From the sequence record NC_042136.1: DNA of 64,000 bases; one strand, given 5' to 3'. The notes beneath the pieces are model-generated. The model was given only the letters and a program-made list of their open reading frames with translations. It was not told where the DNA came from and did no database searches. Of the stretch, positions 29,692-38,142 are shown in pieces. Position numbers and translations under genes: made by a program. Each line of letters begins with the position of its first letter. Position 1 is the first letter of the stretch.

Positions 29692-31269
29692 ATGACTAAG
29701 AAAACAGACAAACCGACTCTTGACACTAGCGAATACTTTGGTCGTAAATTAGGTTTAGTAAAAACGGCAATTGGTGATAGTGAATACTTTGGTCATAAAT
29801 CAGGTTTGACAAAGACAACAATGGAAGTCTACGAAAACCAACACGATAACATTAAAGCGTTGGTACGTACGGTTAATCATCCTCGAGTCGAAGGACAAGG
29901 TGAAATCCGTATCACCGAACCTCTTAAATTGAGTGGGTACATTAAAGACCGAGCGCCAGAAAAGACATGTTGCCTAATCGACGGTCGTCCTGCAACTCCA
30001 GAGCAACTAACCGAATCTGCGACGGTAGGGGATTTATTCCGAATTAAGTTGACTCCAGAATCAGCTACACTGGAATTGGTGAAGTGTTTAGGGACTTGTG
30101 TTTACGCTATTGCAGGTGAACCAGTAGAGTTGATCAAACGCTTGACCGAAGAACTCCAACCTCAAGAAATACACTTCTACCATGGCAACCGAGAGGTCAC
30201 TGAGACAACCATGTGTCACCATGTAAGGCTCGAAGATTCTTTCATGGTGGAAGCGTTCGGTGGGCGCATTAACATCACACTATTGGACGGAGAGAAACAA
30301 CCTAAGGTCTACCGTATGCAGGACACTGACACTTTGGTAGGTCTGTCTTCTTTGTGGGTCGAACATCTTAAGCAAGTGGACGTTGAGAATCCGATGACTC
30401 GATTAAAGGGACGTGCATTAACCACACAAGGGCGTGACGGAAGAACGATAGGTAAAAGCAGTCGTCACTCTATCTACGGTCCACATATTGAGTTCTCTAC
30501 GCGTATTGTGGAAGGTTTCATGACCGAGGAACGAACTGATCAACTTCGTGCCTTAGCTGAAACCCTAGAGTGTTACGTGGGGAACACTAAGTGTGATGTG
30601 GAAGAGTTTCTTCACATCATCGAACCTGATGACATTTTGTTGTTGCAGGTCTTCACCAGTTCTGCTCGTTTGGTGATTAACCAAGCAGTAGGTGTTTTCC
30701 AACACCCAATTAAAGACGTTACAGAAGAAACCAAAAAGGTTGTTCTGAGACGTGCGTGGAGTATGCTCATGAACTCGACCTTTGGTGCCTTTGGAACTCC
30801 GTACACACTAACTGCTCCTAAGACCTACCTTGGACCTAAGATAGCAACATCTCCGGTATTCATTAACTACCTAACCAAAGATGATCTTTTGATTTCTCAT
30901 TCGTTGGGTGCGTCTTCGGCGATCAGTTGTCAACGTGCGGATAAAGAAGATTATTCAGAGTCTAAGTTGTTGGTGAACTGCGAAATCTACCCGACTAACA
31001 ACGACGGCGTGTATACAGACTTGCTTGATAATGAGTTCATCAAAGACTTAACTGACACTTTGGTGGAACGTGATCTAATTCTACCTAATTGGGAGACCAG
31101 AGCTAACCACAACATTCTTAAAAATGATGCTGAGTTCTTTAGCCTGAAACATACCAACCCGGTCGATGGTCTGGATGTGAAGCATGCTCGTGCTAGAGCA
31201 GAAGCCAAAGCTAAACAACCACGTAAAGAACTTTCACCATTAATGAAACACATGTTGAAGCGTCTTTAA
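29692..31269 (+). CDS. early hypothetical protein with PolB motif B/C-like strings
   Basis: 525 aa; LMNSTFGAFG (N361) and IYPTNNDGVY (D438); N-terminal 17-aa duplication. Confidence 0.7.
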   Translation: MTKKTDKPTLDTSEYFGRKLGLVKTAIGDSEYFGHKSGLTKTTMEVYENQHDNIKALVRTVNHPRVEGQGEIRITEPLKLSGYIKDRAPEKTCCLIDGRPATPEQLTESATVGDLFRIKLTPESATLELVKCLGTCVYAIAGEPVELIKRLTEELQPQEIHFYHGNREVTETTMCHHVRLEDSFMVEAFGGRINITLLDGEKQPKVYRMQDTDTLVGLSSLWVEHLKQVDVENPMTRLKGRALTTQGRDGRTIGKSSRHSIYGPHIEFSTRIVEGFMTEERTDQLRALAETLECYVGNTKCDVEEFLHIIEPDDILLLQVFTSSARLVINQAVGVFQHPIKDVTEETKKVVLRRAWSMLMNSTFGAFGTPYTLTAPKTYLGPKIATSPVFINYLTKDDLLISHSLGASSAISCQRADKEDYSESKLLVNCEIYPTNNDGVYTDLLDNEFIKDLTDTLVERDLILPNWETRANHNILKNDAEFFSLKHTNPVDGLDVKHARARAEAKAKQPRKELSPLMKHMLKRL

Positions 31270-31334
31270 TTCAACAAACCGATTTTACCATTATCTCTCT
31301 AAAACTGATTTAAACTATTTAAGGATTTATTGCC

Positions 31335-31706
31335 ATGACTATTAAGAAAGAAGGCACCATGAACCAAGTCAAAATCTTCGCTTTGACACAACTAAGCAGT
31401 TGGTTATACCGTAACCACCGCGTTAAGAGCATCAAGGCGATGGCTTTGGAAGCGAGCTGTTCCCCAACCACCCTTAGCGGTATTAAGAACGGTACCATCA
31501 AGTGTGTGTCTTTAAATCGTACTTTGGATATCATGGATCGTTTGAACATCAACTACGTGATGCAAATCCAACGTCGTAAAGGGGTAACTCATTATTCCTT
31601 TGCAATGGATAAGTACAATGTTCGTAAATCCAGTACAGCGTACCCAGAAGTCGAATACAAAGACGAATTCGATTACGCTCGTCGTATTGCAAACAAAACT
31701 GAATAA
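31335..31706 (+). CDS. XRE/Cro-like helix-turn-helix protein
   Basis: IKAMALEASCSPTTLSGIKNGTIKCVSLNRTLDIMDRL fits the HTH_XRE pattern; SD AAGGA. Confidence 0.65.
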   Translation: MTIKKEGTMNQVKIFALTQLSSWLYRNHRVKSIKAMALEASCSPTTLSGIKNGTIKCVSLNRTLDIMDRLNINYVMQIQRRKGVTHYSFAMDKYNVRKSSTAYPEVEYKDEFDYARRIANKTE

Positions 31707-31761
31707 CCTCTCAGAATCGATTACAGGAGCTCCTACACGGGGTTCCTGTATGGAGACCATT

Positions 31762-31941
31762 ATGATTAAACCTGTTTGTCAAACTAACCCTATTAATGAA
31801 CACCGTGTTAAAGAGAAACCTAAATCTAACACTACGGATTTCGATCAAGTATTGGGTAAAGTTATGCGTGTTGTTCATGAAGAAAAAGAATTATTTTTAA
31901 CTGAGAAATCTATTCTAATGGGGGAGGGGGTAAAGACTTGA
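31762..31941 (+). CDS. small hypothetical protein (59 aa)
   Basis: 3' part of track ORF 31600-31941; SD GGAG upstream of ATG 31762. Confidence 0.55.
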   Translation: MIKPVCQTNPINEHRVKEKPKSNTTDFDQVLGKVMRVVHEEKELFLTEKSILMGEGVKT

Positions 31942-31952
31942 AAACATCGAAG

Positions 31953-32094
31953 ATAATTTAATTAATATTAATATTAATATACTTTAGTATAAGTAAATAA
32001 ATATATATTAGTTAAATATACCTTAGAGTGAACAACGTGAACGGTGAGTGTTGTAGTACGAAGTACGTAGACACGTAACAAAGGTATTTAACTA
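31953..32094. other. AT-rich tract plus branched inverted-repeat element (origin-like)
   Basis: 64 of 68 nt A/T at 31953-32020 with (ATTAAT)x3; outer IR 32009-32024/32081-32094 enclosing two smaller hairpins. Confidence 0.5.
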
Positions 32095-32140
32095 TACCTA
32101 ACCCATGACCTTTTTAACTATCTGAGAAAGAGATACTATC

Positions 32141-32995
32141 ATGAAACAAGATCAAAACATCTTTACTACTAAATACGCTTCTAAGTTTGAACAAGAAATA
32201 GTGAAACAAGAACCTACTCATTATAAACTTTATTTGCGCATTCTTAATTTCGATTACTGGTTCCGTGAATCAGATTGCAATGCAACATGGCGTGGTGGTT
32301 TAGAATCAGAAAAAGAAATCCTAGAGTCTTTAGATCAAGCTAAAGACCATCCTGATTATTACATCCTACAAGAACTATGGGCAAGCAACGGAGATCGTGG
32401 TCTACTAAGTTGTACTACTAACCCGTTTGAAATCTATGCTGAACGATACAAAGACGAGTCCATGGGGATGTACCATTTCTTGAAAACATTAGACCTACTA
32501 GGGATTACAGAAACACAAGCCGCTGAAATGTTACGAGCTGCTCGATTTATAGCACGGTTCTTATTGGAACGAGAATCAATGGAATCCTTCTTACCAGTCT
32601 ATCCTAACTACTTAGTTTATACACCACACCTAGGAGGTAAACGAGAAGCAGGACGTTATACGAGTAAGATGGCGTTATCTAACAAACTACACCGTTTCAT
32701 GAACAAAGGGACAGAACGTGTCACTTGGGGAGACTTCGATGCCTTTGGTCGACTATGCTCTATTGCGGGTACTACAAACACAACTCAGTTCAACGCTGAT
32801 CCTGATGATGAAAGAGAACTGCTGTTATGTTACATCAAGGGTTGTTATTTCTCAGCGCCGTTCTACATTCACGAAGAACTCCGTACTAAGATCAGTCGTA
32901 CAGACTTGCGTTTCATCCGTCTGGTTAGAGCAGTACTATCGAACACTGCTGATATTAGCGAACTCCGTAATACGAAGTATACCGCGAGAGTCTGA
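32141..32995 (+). CDS. hypothetical protein
   Basis: 284-aa ORF with SD. Confidence 0.8.
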   Translation: MKQDQNIFTTKYASKFEQEIVKQEPTHYKLYLRILNFDYWFRESDCNATWRGGLESEKEILESLDQAKDHPDYYILQELWASNGDRGLLSCTTNPFEIYAERYKDESMGMYHFLKTLDLLGITETQAAEMLRAARFIARFLLERESMESFLPVYPNYLVYTPHLGGKREAGRYTSKMALSNKLHRFMNKGTERVTWGDFDAFGRLCSIAGTTNTTQFNADPDDERELLLCYIKGCYFSAPFYIHEELRTKISRTDLRFIRLVRAVLSNTADISELRNTKYTARV

Positions 32996-32997
32996 TC

Positions 32998-33507
32998 ATG
33001 GATGTGAAACACTACGAACGTGATTGGTTGACGTCTGATGAAGGGTTGTTGTCATGTGCAGAATTCTTCATCCGTACTGAGTACAAAGCTAAGTATTATA
33101 CCATCGGGTTTAGCATCAAGAACCGGAATCAATGTGGCGTCTTTTTGATGATCGATCGAGATGGTAAAAAGGCTTCGATTAAGCAGTTCAGAGCCCATGA
33201 GAAATACTTGGAAGATTTAATCTCGACATTAGATCAAATTCATGATGTATTGATTAAATCTGTGGGCCGCGGGTATGATACAAAGAAATGGTCGGTTGAT
33301 CACGTCGACATGTTTAGTCTCACCACTATCACCATGGAGTCGGTAACTGGCAGTGCACATCGGATGTTATTCCAAATAGGGACAAAGACGGCCTTTTTCA
33401 ATTATGACACGCAAACCATGATTGATCTGGTGTTGACATTAAGTGATATGGTTAAGAACCAACATCGTAAAATGAAGGGGTTGATTGTTCATGAAGAAAC
33501 TAAGTAG
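32998..33507 (+). CDS. hypothetical protein, paralogue of next gene
   Basis: 169 aa; KYLEDLISTLDQIHDVL. Confidence 0.75.
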   Translation: MDVKHYERDWLTSDEGLLSCAEFFIRTEYKAKYYTIGFSIKNRNQCGVFLMIDRDGKKASIKQFRAHEKYLEDLISTLDQIHDVLIKSVGRGYDTKKWSVDHVDMFSLTTITMESVTGSAHRMLFQIGTKTAFFNYDTQTMIDLVLTLSDMVKNQHRKMKGLIVHEETK

Positions 33508-33997
33508 ACGCGGTTTCTTTAGCCGTATGAGTCTGGATGGTTTTGTTAGTAAAGTCACCATCTCTAAGCGCGGATTGTTCGATATGCATTTTTCTATCTT
33601 CATCCGCCAAGACGTCACTTTACATCGTTCATTCATGGTGTGTGATTCCAATAAAAATTTGGAGAAAGACCGAGCAAGCGCGACCAAGAAAATTCAAGAC
33701 TTAATCGACACGCTGGATATCTATGTGGATCGTTTACGTGAGAAAGCCCTATATCAAGACTGTCGTCCTATAGGAGTTATGCGAGATCCTGTCACTAACG
33801 AATACCACGGAGAATCCAGCACGGTCTGCCTACAAACTGATAGAGATGAATGCATTTTTTGTATCACGAGTTGTGAACACAAACTGCGTCTGACTTTATC
33901 TCATGAAGAAACAGCTAAAATACTGGTTAAGATCATTGACCAGCTTCGATTACACCTAGCTGATATGAATCAGCTATTAGACGAATATCTTTCGTAA
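33491..33997 (+). CDS. hypothetical protein, paralogue of previous gene
   Basis: ATG 33491 (track uses TTG 33485); KKIQDLIDTLDIYVDRL. Confidence 0.75.
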   Translation: MKKLSRRGFFSRMSLDGFVSKVTISKRGLFDMHFSIFIRQDVTLHRSFMVCDSNKNLEKDRASATKKIQDLIDTLDIYVDRLREKALYQDCRPIGVMRDPVTNEYHGESSTVCLQTDRDECIFCITSCEHKLRLTLSHEETAKILVKIIDQLRLHLADMNQLLDEYLS

Positions 33998-34007
33998 GGA
34001 CTAAATT

Positions 34008-34421
34008 ATGTCTGTAAACCGAACTTTTATTAACCATTATCGATCCCTGCTTGGAATGGAACCCAAACTAAAACCTGTGGACTTAAAACGTGGGGAATTC
34101 CTAGCTAAGGAAATGTGTGTGGAGGATGAAGAAGCCAAAGCGCTCTTTATCGTGCTTTATTACCAAATACGCATTCGTACTAGGCTGAGTGAGCCAAAAG
34201 CCCTACTAGTCGCTTACACGACGTCTGAAGGGGTAAGACTCTTAGGGACCGGGATGACCAAACAACAAACCGTGACGGAGATGATCGCTATCCCTGCTAA
34301 GTTTGTTGAAGAAGAAACCGTCATCGTGCAGATCGCTGATTTGGCGTTAGATTATTTTGAAGCGTTAATCGGTACAGCACAAGAATTATTGAATAAGTCT
34401 TCAGAAGGTACACCAGCATGA
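34008..34421 (+). CDS. hypothetical protein
   Basis: 137 aa, SD AAGGA. Confidence 0.75.
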   Translation: MSVNRTFINHYRSLLGMEPKLKPVDLKRGEFLAKEMCVEDEEAKALFIVLYYQIRIRTRLSEPKALLVAYTTSEGVRLLGTGMTKQQTVTEMIAIPAKFVEEETVIVQIADLALDYFEALIGTAQELLNKSSEGTPA

Positions 34422-34858
34422 TTAAATATTACTTAGGTGTTTACATTAAGTGGTTCTATCGTTGTGTGTATAAACTGGATCCTGATCAAGAAGTCTTTAA
34501 GGGTTATTTGAAACATTACTTGGGGATGATGGGGATAAGTGAAAGTCATTTACTTATTCATAATGAACGAGTGGTGCGTCAATTGGAATTTCTTAACATG
34601 CACAACTATAAGTGTGATTTCAACGGGGCCGTCTTTATAGCGGGCTGTATCTACGCTGAGCGTGTTTTGGGGTATCGGATGCACCATCAGTGTCTTTCTT
34701 TCGGAAATGCGCTCTCAGACGTTTTCAGACACCGTCATCAGTTCACTACGACTTCTATCCACGAAGTGGTGACCCAATCACTAGAACGAGTGTGCTTAAC
34801 TGAGACTCACAAACTATCTAAAGATTTAACCAATGCTGTCAAAAGCATTATTAGCTAA
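34418..34858 (+). CDS. hypothetical protein
   Basis: 146 aa, ATGA overlap with previous gene. Confidence 0.7.
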   Translation: MIKYYLGVYIKWFYRCVYKLDPDQEVFKGYLKHYLGMMGISESHLLIHNERVVRQLEFLNMHNYKCDFNGAVFIAGCIYAERVLGYRMHHQCLSFGNALSDVFRHRHQFTTTSIHEVVTQSLERVCLTETHKLSKDLTNAVKSIIS

Positions 34859-34878
34859 CTTCCGTCATTAACAACTTC

Positions 34879-34905
34879 CCTGTACTTCCCAACCGGAAGT
34901 ACAGG
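34879..34905 (+). terminator. terminator-like hairpin
   Basis: 11-bp stem CCTGTACTTCC/GGAAGTACAGG. Confidence 0.7.
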
Positions 34906-34931
34906 TTATTTTAAGTTTTAAGGAAATCATT

Positions 34932-37340
34932 ATGTCTACTATTCGCGTATCTCAACTTATCGAAATGAACACTGAAACTCTTCTTACTACATTAACTGTA
35001 GGAGAAGCTCGCACTTACGCATCCACAGCACCGGAACAACTTGTCCCTTACTGCCACGACTTTGGTAAGTGTCGTCAACTGCACATGACTTCACTAGATG
35101 TTGTCAGTCTACTGGACTGTCTATCAGCAGGTTTCCAGTTTGTTACAGAAGACTCTACGGTTATGGATGCTTGCGTGGCGTATTTGTTTAACTCGTTTGC
35201 TTTAGAAAACACTGAAGCTCGTTTAACGGTTAATGCTTACTTTAATCTACTGATCGATCGTCCGATCAGTGTCAGTGCTCGATCACAAGAACAAATGCAG
35301 GTATTCTTTATGAACGCACAACACCGTCAACGTAATGTTGTTGATCGTTTAAGAGATGTATTTAACACCCAAGCCCAAGTTCGTCCTGCGACCTACGGGT
35401 ACAATGCTCAAACTACACCACAAGCTTTAAACCGAGTGATCGACAACATCAATCGACAACATCAAGATAAGGAGATTGCTAAAACGGTTACGGTAGGGGA
35501 GTTCCGAGTCTACCAAGAAACACTACGCAACCGAAATAAGTTTGGTTCATTGCACGACATGCGTTTGCAAACGGTCATGAACCGTGTTGAGTTGATCGAT
35601 CACGTTAACCACTTGATGGCCAGCTTGACCGGAGAACCATCTGGAGCTAAAGAACCTACTACGGTAATCTATGAACACATGTTGAAACTGGCTGAAAGTT
35701 ACTTTGAAGGCTGTGATCACACGACTTATACCGTAATGTTGGCCACTATTTGTTTTGGTGAAGCATTGTTAAGCACTAATCATCTGACCATCACACAAGT
35801 ATTACGTGATCGTGTTTTGATGATTGTTCCTGCTACACATCCTTACTACCAAACCGTATTAAGTATGTTGGAACTCCCTGCCGGTGGCGCATGGGGAAGA
35901 GGGAAGTCGACTTCTGCCGGTCATTCAGCACAGTCTTGTTTCCTCCCTCCACAAGTAGAGAAAGCGTTCCTCCAGTACAATTCTGGTAACATGGAACAAC
36001 TCATCGACCGTATGAATGCACATCTAATGACTGATATCATTAACGCCACAGGTCACGCGCCACTCACTCTTCCAATGGGTTCTATCCCAGACGATGTAGC
36101 TCGTTTCGGCGGGATTATCCACAAAGCGGAGTTGGTCTTTAGAACCTTAGAAACTGGAAAGGGTGGTTACGGTTGCCACATGATCAACATCAACAACCCT
36201 ACACCGATCGCAACCCTAGCAGCGGAAACCTTAGCTCAACAGCTCGAAGTTCGTATTTTAGATAACATCAAACCGTTGACTAAAGCGCTACTGTTCGGAA
36301 TGAGATCTGGTGTTAAGACCGTATTAACTCAAGACCAACTCAATAAACTGGATGAGATTCTAGAAACTCTGCATCTAGAACCATTACACTACACTGCGGT
36401 TAGAGAGTCCTATGCGGTGGAAGTTAAACCATCTAAGGCAGACGACGAGATGATGGAGACCTTAATGAGAGCAAATGCTGAGGCTACATTAGACCATGCC
36501 ATGGTGGATGGTTTAATCAATATTTCTCATGAGGCCACTCCTAGTAAGATCAAAGCGTTTTGGTTGGATTTGTTGTTTAACCCAGTAGATCAGTTAAAGG
36601 GTAAATACCCAACTGCGATTTTTGATGCTGTACATAACGGTGCTCGTCGTATGGCGGAGGAAGAACACGGATTTTACCAAGGTGCGTTGGAGCTGTTGAC
36701 CGCTATGCACGAACTACGTGTTGAATCAGTAAAAGAACCTGAGGAGGAAGTCAATTCACTTAACAACATCGTTCTCCGTGCTCGTAATAATGCTACCGAA
36801 ATCTTAAAAGAGGAATCTCCTTGGATTTTGGAAGTCGATGAGCTCAACGAAGGACAACTTAGTCAGATCAAGGAACTGTGTAAAAATCCTCTTTACACTT
36901 TGGCGTTAGCTACTTTACCGGTTAAAACTTGGGAAGAAGATACGTTGTATGAAGGAGAAGACGCGGTTGTGGTTGGACTTAAAGATTTAAAGGAAGAAGA
37001 ATCAGGAGAACCTAATTCCCTAGGGAGTGTATCGGAATGTACCACCATTATTGAGCAGGTAGTGGAAGGTATGAAAGAACTAGACATGATCCCTCGTCCC
37101 GGTGAAAAGAACCTACATGAACTGTTGATTAACTACTTTAATGAAAGTGGAACGTCGATGAATCAGTTGGTCTCTTCTTTAGCACTGATTTATAGTGAAC
37201 GTGATGTCACCTTAGAATCTAAGAATGCCATCATAGAAGCTTACGAGTTTTGTGTTAATAACGGAGAACAAGAAACCAGCGTCGCTTATTTACCAGAAGT
37301 GAATATCGGACGTTTGCTACACCTTGTTCTAAATAAATAA
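34932..37340 (+). CDS. large hypothetical helical protein
   Basis: 802 aa; SD AAGGA; GAWGRGKST at residues 319-327; acidic C-terminal third. Confidence 0.8.
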   Translation: MSTIRVSQLIEMNTETLLTTLTVGEARTYASTAPEQLVPYCHDFGKCRQLHMTSLDVVSLLDCLSAGFQFVTEDSTVMDACVAYLFNSFALENTEARLTVNAYFNLLIDRPISVSARSQEQMQVFFMNAQHRQRNVVDRLRDVFNTQAQVRPATYGYNAQTTPQALNRVIDNINRQHQDKEIAKTVTVGEFRVYQETLRNRNKFGSLHDMRLQTVMNRVELIDHVNHLMASLTGEPSGAKEPTTVIYEHMLKLAESYFEGCDHTTYTVMLATICFGEALLSTNHLTITQVLRDRVLMIVPATHPYYQTVLSMLELPAGGAWGRGKSTSAGHSAQSCFLPPQVEKAFLQYNSGNMEQLIDRMNAHLMTDIINATGHAPLTLPMGSIPDDVARFGGIIHKAELVFRTLETGKGGYGCHMININNPTPIATLAAETLAQQLEVRILDNIKPLTKALLFGMRSGVKTVLTQDQLNKLDEILETLHLEPLHYTAVRESYAVEVKPSKADDEMMETLMRANAEATLDHAMVDGLINISHEATPSKIKAFWLDLLFNPVDQLKGKYPTAIFDAVHNGARRMAEEEHGFYQGALELLTAMHELRVESVKEPEEEVNSLNNIVLRARNNATEILKEESPWILEVDELNEGQLSQIKELCKNPLYTLALATLPVKTWEEDTLYEGEDAVVVGLKDLKEEESGEPNSLGSVSECTTIIEQVVEGMKELDMIPRPGEKNLHELLINYFNESGTSMNQLVSSLALIYSERDVTLESKNAIIEAYEFCVNNGEQETSVAYLPEVNIGRLLHLVLNK

Positions 37341-37349
37341 GTGTACATG

Positions 37350-37367
37350 GGGGGTCCTAGGACCCCC
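37350..37367 (+). terminator. terminator-like perfect palindrome
   Basis: GGGGGTCCTAGGACCCCC followed by T-rich run. Confidence 0.65.
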
Positions 37368-37401
37368 TACAAGTTTCCCTTTTTATTTTCTAAGGTTACC
37401 T

Positions 37402-37743
37402 ATGCCATTGACCAACGAAATTGAATCTCCGTTGTTTAGGGCGCTTTACACACACCTTAACCAACACACTTATGAACTCCATCAGTTAGAGGATCCAGAG
37501 TTCGCTTCAGCTTTACAAAACAAACTCACGGATGACTTGTTTGAGATCTATCGTCCTGCTATGCAAAAGCGTCCTGATCTCCAAGCTAAATATGAACGTG
37601 CTGATTTTCGTGTTCATATTAACGTCACTCCTTACGAGATTAGACCTTGTGTAAAACCTTGTGTGTTAGAGTTATCTCATGACCTGATGCATGAGACCAT
37701 ACCAGACTACAGTAAACTTCGTGAATCATTCGTAAATAAATAA
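37402..37743 (+). CDS. hypothetical protein
   Basis: 113 aa with SD. Confidence 0.7.
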   Translation: MPLTNEIESPLFRALYTHLNQHTYELHQLEDPEFASALQNKLTDDLFEIYRPAMQKRPDLQAKYERADFRVHINVTPYEIRPCVKPCVLELSHDLMHETIPDYSKLRESFVNK

Positions 37744-37788
37744 AGTTCTATATAACTTAAATGTACGAGCAACTAAAATGGAGGATGA

Positions 37789-38076
37789 GTGAACTTAGCA
37801 GCACTAGCAGGCGCTGTATTCGGAACTGGAATCACTTACGCTAGTACTGAATCAACAGGGCTCACTATTTTAAGTGCCGCTGCTGGTCTAGCGACCACAG
37901 TTATATTGGAAGATAAAGAGAACGAGTATTCGGGACCGGGTGATTTTACTAAAGCAGCTTGCGCTTCTTTAGCTCCTATATTACTCCACCGAGAAGAACC
38001 AGAACCCATCCCTTTCTCTTTCGATGAAGAGGATGAAGATTTCGACATACTTGATATGCCGCTTTATTTTGATTAA
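37789..38076 (+). CDS. small Gly/Ala-rich membrane protein with acidic tail
   Basis: GTG start after GGAGG; hydrophobic hairpin LAALAGAVFGTGITYAST...ILSAAAGLATTVI; acidic end; partial early-promoter match at 37748-37763. Confidence 0.65.
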   Translation: MNLAALAGAVFGTGITYASTESTGLTILSAAAGLATTVILEDKENEYSGPGDFTKAACASLAPILLHREEPEPIPFSFDEEDEDFDILDMPLYFD

Positions 38077-38083
38077 ATGCAGT

Positions 38084-38121
38084 AGAAGTTCCCTACCTCC
38101 ATTTGGAGGTAGGGAACTTCT
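38084..38121. terminator. bidirectional terminator hairpin with CCTACC core
   Basis: 17-bp perfect stem AGAAGTTCCCTACCTCC/GGAGGTAGGGAACTTCT between convergent genes. Confidence 0.85.
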
Positions 38122-38142
38122 TTTCCTTTATTTTTTTACCGG

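Noticed and set aside
18001-32140. tRNA or rRNA genes in structured intergenic regions
   Set aside because: No cloverleaf with T-loop/D-loop consensus or rRNA-like sequence found by eye
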